Source of the DNA: Anaeromyxobacteraceae bacterium
Lineage (GTDB): Bacteria; Myxococcota; Myxococcia; Myxococcales; Anaeromyxobacteraceae
Assembly: GCA_032654565.1 (NCBI GenBank)
Contig: JAULAX010000017.1
Location: forward strand, 320,001 to 384,000
Direction: 5' to 3'
Length of the DNA stretch: 64,000 bases
The translations under genes and the position numbers were made by a program. Below, one piece after another: positions 48,660-62,097 of the stretch. Position 1 is the stretch's first letter. Every line of letters starts with the position of its first letter. The notes beneath the pieces were generated by a model. That model saw only the letters and a list, made by a program, of their open reading frames with translations, made no database searches and was not told the DNA's origin.

Positions 48660-48847
48660 GGGGGGAAGGTAGGACGGGGCGGCGCGAGGGGCAAGGTGGA
48701 GCGGCGGCCCTCGGCTCGGCGGGAGCGGCCCGATCGGCCGCGGTTGGTTCCGAGCCTTGGTCCTTGGCGGCGGCGGTCACGGCCGCACTCACGAAGGTGC
48801 TGTACCAAGACCTCGCTGAAGGAAGCCAACTCGCCCCCTGCGGCGGC

Positions 48848-48965
48848 GTAGTTGTCGCCTCCACCTGAAATTCGGCGGGGGCGAGGAAGCGATCGCTACG
48901 TGACGAAGCCGTTCTCGGCGGGGCTCAAGGAGAAGAAGGTTGCGCGGCTGACCGGGAGGGACGCG
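48848..48965 (+). pseudogene. Probable IS left-end remnant with a short transposase N-terminal fragment
   Basis: VTKPFSAGLKEKKVARLTGRDA resembles the start of IS3-family OrfA proteins; preceded by GTAGTTGTCGCC, reminiscent of an IS end. Confidence 0.35.
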
Positions 48966-49069
48966 GCCGCCTCTGCCGCCGCCGCTCCCTCGATGACCGG
49001 CACAGCCCCGAACGCGGTCCCTCTTTCGCGATTCCCGACGTCGGGAATCGCCAATGGGGGAGGCGAAAG

Positions 49070-49225
49070 GGCGCACGCACCGCGCGATGACATCGCGGCC
49101 GTGAAGCGCTCCGTATGGCAACGCGATGGCGGCCGCTGCGCCTGGCCGATCGACCGCGGTGGAACCTGCGGTTCGACGCATCTGCTGGAGTTCGACCACG
49201 TCGTGCCGTGGGTGGAGTGGGGTGC
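49070..49225 (+). pseudogene. HNH endonuclease fragment
   Basis: AVKRSVWQRDGGRCAW...CGSTHLLEFDHVVPW; lacks the downstream N-L-x-x-x-C-x-x-(C/H)-N half. Confidence 0.7.
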
Positions 49226-49296
49226 GGCCCGGACAGGCCGGAGCCGGGGCGCGAGTTCAACTTGACCCCGGTCCGACCACCTGATCCAATCGCCCG

Positions 49297-49905
49297 GTGA
49301 CTCGCGAGCCCACCACCGCGCCCGGTCGCTTTGCCGCCGGCGGCTCGCTCTACCGGCGGGTTCGCAAGGGCTTCGCCGTGGTGGAGCTGGCGCTGCTCGG
49401 GCTGTTCATCTGGTCGATCGTCGCCACGCAGGTGAGCGGCTACCAGGCGCCGCTCTGGAGCGGCCTGCCCCAGGCGACCGCCATCGGCGCCGCCCTCTCC
49501 TCGCTGCTCGCCCTGGTCCTGCTGCTGCCGCTCTGGGGGCTGGTGCGCGCCGCCCTGGCACGGGTCCGGCCGGGGTGTACGGTGTCGGGGATACCTCCCA
49601 CCTCGCGACGCCCCCCCGTGGCCTGCCTCCTCGCCGCCACCGCGCTGACCGCGGGGTGCGCCCTCCCCGGGCCGCGGCCCCCCGAGTCGCGGGTGGCCGA
49701 CGTCCGGCCGGAGCAGGATCCCACCTCGCGCGGCACCGCGCGGGGACAGCACCTCCCGCTCTCCGAGTCCGAGCAGGTGGTGGTGGGCGCGAGGAGCGAC
49801 GCCGCAGGGAACGTGATGGTTGGGCGGGACGTCTCGCCGGTCTTCACTCCCGAGCAGGAGGAGGAGCTCCGCAAGGCCAGGTCCCGGGGCGACGCCCGGA
49901 AGTGA
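49297..49905 (+). CDS. Hypothetical membrane protein (may be two genes run together)
   Basis: Two TM segments, then an internal lipobox-like ALTAGC. Confidence 0.5.
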   Translation: MTREPTTAPGRFAAGGSLYRRVRKGFAVVELALLGLFIWSIVATQVSGYQAPLWSGLPQATAIGAALSSLLALVLLLPLWGLVRAALARVRPGCTVSGIPPTSRRPPVACLLAATALTAGCALPGPRPPESRVADVRPEQDPTSRGTARGQHLPLSESEQVVVGARSDAAGNVMVGRDVSPVFTPEQEEELRKARSRGDARK

Positions 49906-49945
49906 AGAAGGCCCTCCGAGGTCCGACCCGGAGGGCCGTGCACGA

Positions 49946-49981
49946 TGGGCGATGCAGGGCTCGAACCTGCGACCCCTGCCG
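49946..49981 (-). repeat. 36-bp duplicate of the tRNA-Val 3' half (att-like)
   Basis: TGGGCGATGCAGGGCTCGAACCTGCGACCCCTGCCG identical to 50921-50956. Confidence 0.92.
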
Positions 49982-50012
49982 AGCGGCCCGATCGGTCGGG
50001 CTGGCCGCCGGG

Positions 50013-50867
50013 CTAGCGCCCGGCCGGCGTCTCGGGAGCGCCGCTGGTGGGCGCAGCCGCCACCGGCGCCGCCGCGCAGCGGAACCCGGTCAGCTCGAAC
50101 CGCTCGTGCGGGTGGTTGAGGCCGCGGAAGCCGGCCGCCAGGAACCAGTCGAGGGAGTCGCCCCAGGAGCCGCCGCGGAGGACCCGCTCGCGCTCGTCGC
50201 CGCTGGCGGTCCACTCCCGCACGTTGCCGCCCAGGTCGTGGAGGCCGTCGGGGCTGTCGCCGTCGGGGTGCGAGGCCACCGGGCAGGTCCCCTGCCGACC
50301 CCCGGCACCGAGCGCGCTCCCCGCCCCATCCCAGCAGGCCCGGGTCCCCGGCGCCGCCTCACCCCACGGGTAGCGGCTGTTCCGCGCCTGGCCCCGCGCC
50401 GCCCACTCCCACTCCCCCTCGGTCGGCAGCCGCTTCCCCTGCCAGCGGCAGGCGGCGTCGGCCTCCGTCCAGGAGACGCAGTTGACCGGGTGGCTCCCCC
50501 TGCCCTTGACGCCGAAGGTGGCCGCCTTGCTGCAGGCCAGCCCCTCGGCGGCGCAGGCCCCAGCGCCGACGCAAGCGGCGTAGGTGTCGGCGGTCACCTC
50601 GCTCACGTCGAGGCAGAACGGCGCCAGCTCCACCGCGGCGCTGCCGTCGGCCAGGGTGAAGCGGCCAGCGCCGAGCAGGTGCATCCCCTCCCCGCAGGCG
50701 AGCGGGGCGGGCCCGGGAGTGATCGCGGCCTGGGCCGTGGGCGCGGGCGGGGACGCAGGCGGTGACGGGGACGGCGGCTCGGCCGCCGCGGCCACGGCGG
50801 CGCTGAGCAGGGCGGCGAGCGCGATGATCGGGCACCAGCGTGGGGATCGGGCAGGAGGAGGGGCCAT
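50013..50867 (-). CDS. Exported formylglycine-generating enzyme (SUMF1)-family domain protein
   Basis: EVT, PVNCVSW, RLPTEGEWEWAARG, DLGGNVREW, RGGSW, GFRCA; signal peptide. Confidence 0.9.
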   Translation of the reverse strand: MAPPPARSPRWCPIIALAALLSAAVAAAAEPPSPSPPASPPAPTAQAAITPGPAPLACGEGMHLLGAGRFTLADGSAAVELAPFCLDVSEVTADTYAACVGAGACAAEGLACSKAATFGVKGRGSHPVNCVSWTEADAACRWQGKRLPTEGEWEWAARGQARNSRYPWGEAAPGTRACWDGAGSALGAGGRQGTCPVASHPDGDSPDGLHDLGGNVREWTASGDERERVLRGGSWGDSLDWFLAAGFRGLNHPHERFELTGFRCAAAPVAAAPTSGAPETPAGR

Positions 50868-50920
50868 GAACGAGCCGGGCCGGACCCCGGGGAATCCCCG
50901 TGGTCCGGCCCGTTCCTGAG

Positions 50921-50992
50921 TGGGCGATGCAGGGCTCGAACCTGCGACCCCTGCCGTGTGAAGGCAGTGCTCTACCGCTGAGCTAATCGCCC
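50921..50992 (-). tRNA. tRNA-Val (anticodon CAC), CCA not encoded
   Basis: GGGCGATTAGCTCAGCGGTAGAGCACTGCCTTCACACGGCAGGGGTCGCAGGTTCGAGCCCTGCATCGCCCA cloverleaf. Confidence 0.97.
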
Positions 50993-51011
50993 GGGTGCTG
51001 CGAGGGCGCGG

Positions 51012-51040
51012 AGTATGCCGTCGAGCCCATGCGGTGTCAA
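51012..51040 (-). promoter_or_regulatory. Sigma70 promoter of tRNA-Val
   Basis: TTGACA-N17-CATACT about 20 nt upstream of the tRNA. Confidence 0.7.
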
Positions 51041-51103
51041 CGGCGCCGCCACCATCCCCGGCCACGCACTCCCGGTGCGTGATCGCGCCCCCCGCTCCTG
51101 GGG

Positions 51104-52720
<1,617 letters not shown>

Positions 52721-52769
52721 GCCGGATCTCTAGCATGGTTCGGCGACCCCCCGAAGAAGGCGGCCCCGG

Positions 52770-54920
52770 CTAGAACGGCACGTCCTTGCCCGGTTCGCCG
52801 CCCCCGCCCTCTCCGGCCGCCTCGCCCGGCCCGGCTTCGCCGAAGAGCGGCGGCAGGTGGCGGGCGCCCGCGGCCCCCAGCGCCGGGGCGGCCGGCCCGG
52901 CCGGGAGCGGCGGCGCCCCCTCACCGTCGTCGAGCTGCCAGCGGTCGCAGAGCGCCGGCTCGGCCGGCAGCTCCTCGAGGAAGCGCGAGGCCTTCATCAC
53001 CACCCGCTCCCGGTCGCGCGGCGCCGCCATCACCGGGTAGCAGAGGTAGAGCTCGTCCTTGGCGCGGGTGCACGCCACGTAGAAGAGCCGCCGCTCCTCC
53101 TCCTCGCCGTCGCGGTCCTTGAGCGCCTGGGCGCTGGGGAAGCGGCCGTCGGCCAGCCAGACCACGAAGACCGCCCGCCACTCCAGCCCCTTGGCCTGGT
53201 GGACGCTGGAGAGGACCATCTTCTCGTCCGGCTCCCCGCCCTCGCTCACCGTCTCGGCGGAGAGCTCGGAGAGCAGCGAGATCTCGGCCAGGAAGGTCTC
53301 GGTGTCGGCCCAGCCGCGGGCATACTCGGCCAGCTGGCGCAGGTCCTCCAGCCGGGAGTCGGCGTTGACGAACTCGGCCCGCAGGTAGGCCTCGTAGCCG
53401 CCGGCCAGCACCGCCTCGATCGACTCCCCGGGGAGGTCGCAGGTGGGGCGCCGGGCCAGCCCCCGCAGCACCTCCACCAGCGCCAGGTAGCCGGGGCGCC
53501 CCTTGCCCGGCACCTGGGCCAGCACCTCGGGGAGCCCCAGGTCGTCCACCGCGCCGCCCCCCCGGCGCCGCGCCACCAGCGTGGCCCAGACCGCCTGGGC
53601 GGTGGCGGTGCCGATCCCCGGCGTCACCTTGAGGCAGCGCTTCAGGGCCAGCTCGTCGCCGGGGTTGCGGACGAAGCGCAGGTGGGCCAGCACGTCCTTG
53701 ACGTGGGCGGCCTCGAAGAAGCGCACCCCGGAGCGGACCACGAAGGGGATGCCCCGCCGCGCCAGCTCGAACTGGATCTCCATGGCGTGGTGGTGGGCCC
53801 GGTAGAGGACGGCGATCTCCGGGAGCGGCACCCCCTCGTCGCGCAGCTCCAGCACCCGCTGGGCGGTGAAGGCGGCCTGCTGGAAGAGGTCGCGGCAGGG
53901 CACCAGCGCCGGCAGCGGCCCGTCGGCCCGCACGCTGGTCAGCTCCTTCTCGAACTGCTTCAGGTTGCAGGCGATGGAGGCGTTGGCCAGCGAGAGGATC
54001 TGCGGGGTGGACCGGTAGTTGACGGTGAGCGCGAAGCGGCGCGCCGCCGGGTAGCGCCGCTCGAACTCGAGGATGTTGGCGAAGTGGGCGCCGCGGAAGC
54101 CGTAGATGCTCTGGGCGTCGTCGCCGACCACGCAGAGGTCCTGGTGGTCCTGGGCCAGCAGGTCGATGACGTCGCCCTGCAGCCGGTTGGTGTCCTGGTA
54201 CTCGTCCACCAGCAGGTGGCGGAAGCGCTCCCCCAGCGCCCGCCGCACCGGCTCGTGCTCGGCCAGCAGCACCTTCCAGTTGAGCAGCAGGTCGTCGAAG
54301 TCCATGGCGTTGAGGTCGCGCTTGCGCTCGGCGAAGCGCCTCGCCACCCGCAGCAGCTCGTCGGTGAGCGGCACGAACTGCGGCCGGCGCGTCGCCACCA
54401 CCTCGGCCAGCGGGGTCTGGGTGTTGACGGCCATGGAGACGAGATCCACCAGCACGTCGGCCTTGGGGAAGCGGCGCGCCCCCACCGCCAGCCCGCAGTC
54501 GGCCACCGCCGCGCTCATCACGTCGTCGGCGTCCTCGCGGTCGAGGATGGAGTAGCCGCGGGCGTAGCCGAGCGTGGCGGCGTGCTCGCGCAGCACCTGG
54601 TGGGCCACGTGGTGGAAGGTGCCGCCGGTGAGCCTGCGGGTCTCCACCCGGGAGACCTCCTCCACCCGGCGCAGCATCTCCCGCGCCGCCTTGTTGGTGA
54701 AGGTGAGGAGCAGGATCGACTCCGGGGAGGCCCCCTGGTGGAGCAGCCGGGCCACCCGCCAGGTGAGGGTGCGGGTCTTGCCCGAGCCGGCGCCGGCCAC
54801 CACCAGGATGGGGCCGGGCGGCGCCTCCACCACCGCCACCTGCTGCTCGTTGAGCAGCCCGTGGTAGTCGAGCGGGGGGCCGCCGCGGGGGGCGCCGGTG
54901 AGCTTGTAGATCCGTGACAT
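52770..54920 (-). CDS. UvrD/PcrA/Rep superfamily I helicase
   Basis: AGAGSGKT, TFTNKAA, VDEYQDTN, GDDAQSIYGFRGA, NYRST, HQAKGLE, EERRLFYVACTRA. Confidence 0.95.
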   Translation of the reverse strand: MSRIYKLTGAPRGGPPLDYHGLLNEQQVAVVEAPPGPILVVAGAGSGKTRTLTWRVARLLHQGASPESILLLTFTNKAAREMLRRVEEVSRVETRRLTGGTFHHVAHQVLREHAATLGYARGYSILDREDADDVMSAAVADCGLAVGARRFPKADVLVDLVSMAVNTQTPLAEVVATRRPQFVPLTDELLRVARRFAERKRDLNAMDFDDLLLNWKVLLAEHEPVRRALGERFRHLLVDEYQDTNRLQGDVIDLLAQDHQDLCVVGDDAQSIYGFRGAHFANILEFERRYPAARRFALTVNYRSTPQILSLANASIACNLKQFEKELTSVRADGPLPALVPCRDLFQQAAFTAQRVLELRDEGVPLPEIAVLYRAHHHAMEIQFELARRGIPFVVRSGVRFFEAAHVKDVLAHLRFVRNPGDELALKRCLKVTPGIGTATAQAVWATLVARRRGGGAVDDLGLPEVLAQVPGKGRPGYLALVEVLRGLARRPTCDLPGESIEAVLAGGYEAYLRAEFVNADSRLEDLRQLAEYARGWADTETFLAEISLLSELSAETVSEGGEPDEKMVLSSVHQAKGLEWRAVFVVWLADGRFPSAQALKDRDGEEEERRLFYVACTRAKDELYLCYPVMAAPRDRERVVMKASRFLEELPAEPALCDRWQLDDGEGAPPLPAGPAAPALGAAGARHLPPLFGEAGPGEAAGEGGGGEPGKDVPF

Positions 54921-55008
54921 GCGTTCAGGGCCGAAGGTACCGCCGCCGCGGCGGAGCGTCAAACCCCGCGGCCCGGCCCGGGCAGGTCCGCGGGCCTCCG
55001 CCGCCGCG

Positions 55009-56133
55009 CTAGCCGAAGACGTCGAACCGGCCGCAGGAGCGGCAGCGCCACTCCCGGGCCGACGCCTCGGCGCCGCAGCGGCCGCAGCGGGGCGGCTCGG
55101 CCTTGCGCCGCAGGGCCTCCATGGTCAGGGCGTGGCGGACCGCCAGCTCCTCCGGCTCCACCGGCGAGGGTGTCTCGACGCGCCGCAGCAGCTCGCGGAG
55201 CGCCAGCGTCACCTCCCCGGTCCGGTCGAGCCGCAGCGCCTCCCCGGCCTCCTCCAGCGCCTCGGGCCGCCGCCCGGCGAGCCGGAGCAGCCGGGCCCGC
55301 AGCAGCCGCAGCGCCCCGTCCTCCGGCCGGGCCGCCAGCAGGGGCTCCAGCCGGGCCAGCGCCGACGCCGGCGCCGTCACCCGCTCCAGCACCGGCCCCG
55401 CCAGCAGCGCCGCCCCGGGCTCGCGCAGCAGCGCCTCGACCAGGTCGTCGAGCGCCGCCGCCGCCTCCCCGGCCGCCGCCAGCACCTCGGCCCGGGCCAG
55501 CCGGGCGTCGGCGCACGCCCCGTCGGCCTCCACCGCCTCGTCGGCGGTGGCCCGCGCCGGCCCGCTCCGGCCGGCCGCCAGCTCGACCCGCGCCGCCGCG
55601 GCCAGCAGGTGGGCGCGCAGCCTGGCCGAGCCCGGCCCCGGCAGCCCGGCCTGCAGCGCCGCCGCCTCCCGCCACAGCCCCTGGTCGGCCCGCACCTCGC
55701 GCAGCGCCTCGGCCGCCTCGCGCCCGGCGACGGCGCGCGGCGCCAGCAGCTCGACCGCCTCCGCCAGCATGCCGGCGCGGCGGTAGTCCTGGGCCAGCTC
55801 CAGCTCCACCTCGCCCCGCCGGGCCGGGTCGAGCAGCCCGGAGACCAGCATGTTGCGATGGAGCCGGATGGCCCGGGACAGGTCGCCGGTCCGGCGGAAG
55901 AGCGCCCCCAGCGCCAGGTAGGTGTCGAGCGCCTGGGGCGTGCCGAGGCGAGCGGCGTCGGAGAGCGCCTCGATGGCCGCGTCCGGGTCGTCGGAGATCA
56001 TGGAGCGGACGCCGGCGAGGATGGCCTTGGCCTCGCTGCGGCGGCGGCGGTGACGGCTCATGGCCAGGAGGATGGCCCCCAGCGCCGCCCCGGCGGCCAC
56101 CACCTCGGCCAGCTGGCGTTGGTCGAGCTCCAC
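55009..56133 (-). CDS. lapB: LapB/YciM-like TPR protein with C-terminal rubredoxin motif
   Basis: N-terminal TM, LALGALFRRTGDLSRAIRLH, TPRs, CGRCG...WRCRSC. Confidence 0.82.
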   Translation of the reverse strand: MELDQRQLAEVVAAGAALGAILLAMSRHRRRRSEAKAILAGVRSMISDDPDAAIEALSDAARLGTPQALDTYLALGALFRRTGDLSRAIRLHRNMLVSGLLDPARRGEVELELAQDYRRAGMLAEAVELLAPRAVAGREAAEALREVRADQGLWREAAALQAGLPGPGSARLRAHLLAAAARVELAAGRSGPARATADEAVEADGACADARLARAEVLAAAGEAAAALDDLVEALLREPGAALLAGPVLERVTAPASALARLEPLLAARPEDGALRLLRARLLRLAGRRPEALEEAGEALRLDRTGEVTLALRELLRRVETPSPVEPEELAVRHALTMEALRRKAEPPRCGRCGAEASAREWRCRSCGRFDVFG

Positions 56134-56142
56134 CCGTGGGCC

Positions 56143-56637
56143 TCAGGGCCCCGCGTCGAAGCCGGCGCGGACCTTCGCCCAGGTGGTGTCGAGGTGGTCG
56201 ACCATGACCCGGATGTCGGCCAGCACCGGCATGAAGTTGTTGTCGCCGCTCCAGCGCGGCACCAGGTGCCAGTGGAGGTGGTCGACGATCCCGGCCCCGC
56301 CCGCCTGGCCCAGGTTCATGCCGATGTTGAGCCCATCCGGCCGGTGGGTGGCGCGCAGCACCGCCGCGGTCCGGCGCAGCAGCCCCTGCAGCCCGTCCCA
56401 CTCCGGCGCCGGCAGCGCCGCCAGGTCGGCCCCGTGCCGCCGCGGCACCACCATGAGGTGGCCTGAGTTGTAGGGGTAGCGGTTGAGGATGACGAAGGCG
56501 TGCGGGTCGCGGTGGACGATCAGGTTGGTGCGATCGTCGGCCTCCGGCGCCGCCGGGAAGTCACAGAAGATGCACCCGGCCGGCTTCTGGCCGGCGATGA
56601 ACTCCATCCGCCACGGCGCCCAGATCGGCTGCTCCAT
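56143..56637 (-). CDS. HIT-family hydrolase
   Basis: WAPWR, CIFC, NRYPYNSGH, HLHWHLVPRW. Confidence 0.93.
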   Translation of the reverse strand: MEQPIWAPWRMEFIAGQKPAGCIFCDFPAAPEADDRTNLIVHRDPHAFVILNRYPYNSGHLMVVPRRHGADLAALPAPEWDGLQGLLRRTAAVLRATHRPDGLNIGMNLGQAGGAGIVDHLHWHLVPRWSGDNNFMPVLADIRVMVDHLDTTWAKVRAGFDAGP

Positions 56638-56646
56638 GCCGCCCCC

Positions 56647-57741
56647 TCACCGCGACAGGAAGTAGAGGCCGGGCTGGCGGGCCTCGCTGGCCTCGGCCGC
56701 CAGCTCCGCCCGCACCGCCTGGGCCACGGCGCGCGCCCCGCCGGACACCAGCTGCTCGAAGAAGCGGGCCCCCTCCTCGGGCGGGTAGACCAGCGTCGGC
56801 TCGCCGGTCTGGCCGGCCTCCTTCATGGCCAGGTCCACCGCGGTGTAGAAGTTGCCCAGGTCGTCCACCAGCCCCAGCTCCTTGGCGTCCTCGCCGGTGA
56901 TGACCCGGCCGTCGGCCACCGCCCGGACCTCGGCCTCCGGCAGCTTGCGCCCCTCGACCACCGCGGCCAGGAACTGCTCGAAGATCCGGTTGGTGGTCTC
57001 CTGCCAGTACTCCCGCTCCTCCGGCGCCATCTCGCGGAAGGGGCTGCCCATGTCCTTGAGCTTGCCGCTCTTGATGGTCTCGAACTTGAGGTCGAGGCGG
57101 GCCACCAGCCCCTTGGCGTTGACGAACTGGCTGATGACGCCGATCGAGCCGGTCAGGGTCCCCGGCTGGGCCACGATCCTGGTGCAGCCCACCGCCACGT
57201 AGAAGCCCCCCGAGGCGGCGATGTTGCCCAGCGAGCAGACCACCGGCTTCTTCTTGGCGACCCTCTGCACCTCCTCGAAGATCTCCTGCGACGGCGCCAC
57301 CGCGCCGCCGGGCGAGTCGATGCGCACCAGCAGCGCCTTGATCGAGGTGTCGTCGGCGAAGCGGCGCAGCTGCTTCATGACCCGCTCGGCGTCGACGCCG
57401 CCCGGCCCGGCGCCGATGGCCCCCTTCACCTCCACCACGCCGATGCGCGGGCCGCCGCCGAGGTGCGGGGTCTCGCCCTTGACCACGCCGTAGGCCAGCG
57501 CCAGGAAGGCGAAGAAGACCAGGAAGAGACCGCCGAAGATGGAGGCGACCACCGCCAGCGCCAGCCGGTCACGCTTCGGCGGCGGCGGCGGCGCCACCGT
57601 CGAGGGCAGCGGCCCCCAGCCCACCGGGGGGGCGCCCCAGGCGGCCGCCGGGGGCGGCAGCGGCGGCGGGTCGGCCGGGGCGGTCCGCGGGGGATCGAGC
57701 GGGGTGGTGGGGAGCGGTTCGTTCGGGTCGCGAGGGTCCAT
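56647..57741 (-). CDS. sppA: Signal peptide peptidase SppA
   Basis: RIDSPGG, AASGGFY, TGSIGV, KSGKLKD. Confidence 0.93.
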   Translation of the reverse strand: MDPRDPNEPLPTTPLDPPRTAPADPPPLPPPAAAWGAPPVGWGPLPSTVAPPPPPKRDRLALAVVASIFGGLFLVFFAFLALAYGVVKGETPHLGGGPRIGVVEVKGAIGAGPGGVDAERVMKQLRRFADDTSIKALLVRIDSPGGAVAPSQEIFEEVQRVAKKKPVVCSLGNIAASGGFYVAVGCTRIVAQPGTLTGSIGVISQFVNAKGLVARLDLKFETIKSGKLKDMGSPFREMAPEEREYWQETTNRIFEQFLAAVVEGRKLPEAEVRAVADGRVITGEDAKELGLVDDLGNFYTAVDLAMKEAGQTGEPTLVYPPEEGARFFEQLVSGGARAVAQAVRAELAAEASEARQPGLYFLSR

Positions 57742-57802
57742 GCGGCTGCGAGGTAATCACGCGCCGCCCGTGGTCGCAACAGGGGCAGGCCCCGAAAATG
57801 AG

Positions 57803-57832
57803 GAAGGCGGCCCGCCGGAGCGAGCCGCCTTC
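57803..57832 (-). terminator. Hairpin downstream of rpsA
   Basis: GAAGGCGGC ... GCCGCCTTC followed on minus strand by CTCATTTT. Confidence 0.5.
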
Positions 57833-57867
57833 GGTGCTTCCCGGGCCCGCGGGGTGCGGGCCGCCGG

Positions 57868-59574
<1,707 letters not shown>

Positions 59575-59733
59575 GCGTTTGGGCTCTGGCTTTTCTCGGA
59601 GGGCGCCGGCCGAAAGGAGCTGCTGGGCCGCCGCCGCTGCGTATTGCCCCTGGTGGGAATTCACTCGGAAGGACCCGGGGATCGAGGCCCGCCGCGGGCA
59701 CCGGGAACACCCCGGCACCATGAAAGAGGGCGC

Positions 59734-59762
59734 AAGCTACACGCCTGAAAATGACCCGTCAA
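59734..59762 (-). promoter_or_regulatory. Sigma70 promoter of rpsA
   Basis: TTGACG-N17-TAGCTT in the ispH-rpsA gap. Confidence 0.65.
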
Positions 59763-59782
59763 TAGGGGGCTGGTCCTTCGGG

Positions 59783-60640
59783 TCAGGCCGCGCCCACCGG
59801 CTGGCCGTGCAGGCCGCGCAGCCAGCCGGCCACGCCCTCGACCACCCAGTCCGGCGTCGAGGCGCCGGCCGACAGGCCGACCACCTGGCAGCCGTCGAAC
59901 CACTCCGGGCAGAGCTCGGCCTCGGTCTCCACGTGCCAGGTGCGGGGCTGGATGGCCCGGCAGATCTCGGCGAGGTGGCGGGTGTTGGCGGAGTTCTTCC
60001 CGCCCACCACCACCACCGCGTCCACCTCGGCGGCCAGCGACCGGGCGTCGGCCTGGCGCTCCTCGGTGTCGTTGCAGATGGTGTTGACGGCGCGGACCTC
60101 CTTGTGGCGCAGCGCCAGCGCCCCCACCAGCCGCTCGAAGTCGGCGCCGATGCAGGTGGTCTGGGCGATCACCGCCACCTTCTTGTCCTTGATCACCGGC
60201 ACCTCGCCGCCCGGCTTGACCACCGTGCAGGGCCCCTCGGCGTAGGAGACCACGCCCTTGACCTCGGCGTGGTTGGCGTCGCCGACGATGACCAGGTGGT
60301 AGCCCTGCTTGGAGAGCCGCTGCGCCATGGCCTGGGGGTACTTCACGTAGGGGCAGGTGCCGTCGACCACGGTCAGGCCGCGGGCCTCGGCGGTCTCCAG
60401 CTCGGTCTTGACCGCGCCGTGGGTCCGCACCACCACGGTGGTGCCGGCCTCCACCTCGGCGATGGCGTTGACCGTGCCCACCCCCTTCTCCCGCATGCGA
60501 GCCACCGCCTGCGGGTTGTGGATGATGGGGCCGAGCGTCACCACCGGCCCGACCGCGTGGTCGGCCACCTGCATGACCTGGTCGACGGTGCGCCGCACTC
60601 CCCAGCAGAACCCGGCGGTGCGGGCGATCTTCACGTCCAT
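59783..60640 (-). CDS. ispH: 4-hydroxy-3-methylbut-2-enyl diphosphate reductase
   Basis: GFCWGV, IIHN, DGTCPYV, NTICNDT, SANT, AGASTP. Confidence 0.96.
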   Translation of the reverse strand: MDVKIARTAGFCWGVRRTVDQVMQVADHAVGPVVTLGPIIHNPQAVARMREKGVGTVNAIAEVEAGTTVVVRTHGAVKTELETAEARGLTVVDGTCPYVKYPQAMAQRLSKQGYHLVIVGDANHAEVKGVVSYAEGPCTVVKPGGEVPVIKDKKVAVIAQTTCIGADFERLVGALALRHKEVRAVNTICNDTEERQADARSLAAEVDAVVVVGGKNSANTRHLAEICRAIQPRTWHVETEAELCPEWFDGCQVVGLSAGASTPDWVVEGVAGWLRGLHGQPVGAA

Positions 60641-60709
60641 GTGGGCTTCACCTCGCCGGTCTCATATAACGCCGCCGCGCCGCATCACAACCCGCGCTCC
60701 GGGCCGGGC

Positions 60710-61383
60710 CTACTTGTCGCCCCGGTCGCCGACGAAACGATCCTTTTCCTCCTTGAAGAGGACGTTGAAGGTGGTCAGCGAGCCGTAGCAGCGGGTCACG
60801 TACTGCTGCAGGTCCACCTTCTCGGCGTCGCTCAGCCTCTCGTGGGCGTTGAGCTTGGCCTCCAGCACCCGCAGCCGGTCGCGGATCATGATCACCTTGT
60901 GGAGCAGGGCGTCGAGCGGGATCTCCTTCGGCTGCGCCGAGGGGTCGCCCGGCTTGAGGATGATGCTGCCGCCCTCCCACTTGTTGGCCAGCCGGACCTC
61001 GGCGGAGTCCTCCTGCAGCACGTCGCGGATGGCCTGGGCGAACTCTTCGCGGGTCATGTCGGTGAGCTCCTCGGGTAGCGGGGTGGCGACCGGCGCGGGC
61101 CGGGCCACCGGGACGTAGGTGGTGACGGGGTGGGGCTCGCCGGGGCGGTGCACCACCACCGGGCGCAGCGCCGCGCCGCGCCGCGGGCGCTCGGCCTCGA
61201 CCGGCGGCGCCGTGGGCACCGCGGCGTCGCGGGCCAGGTAGCGCTCGCAGGGCGGGGCGCTGGCCGGCACGTCACCGAGCCGGACCAGCAGCCGGCAGGG
61301 TCCGACCGGTCCGCGGTCGTCGTCGGCGAGGTGGCGCCAGAGCCGGCAGTTCCCGCACTGGCGGGCGCCGACCAGCAGCTCGG

Positions 61384-61387
<4 letters not shown>
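60710..61387 (-). CDS. Hypothetical protein: N-terminal four-Cys domain plus helical C-terminal domain
   Basis: CGNC...C...C; HKVIMIRDRLRVLE...YGSLTTFNVLF; GTGA-coupled to cmk. Confidence 0.8.
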
Positions 61388-62093
<706 letters not shown>

Positions 62094-62097
<4 letters not shown>

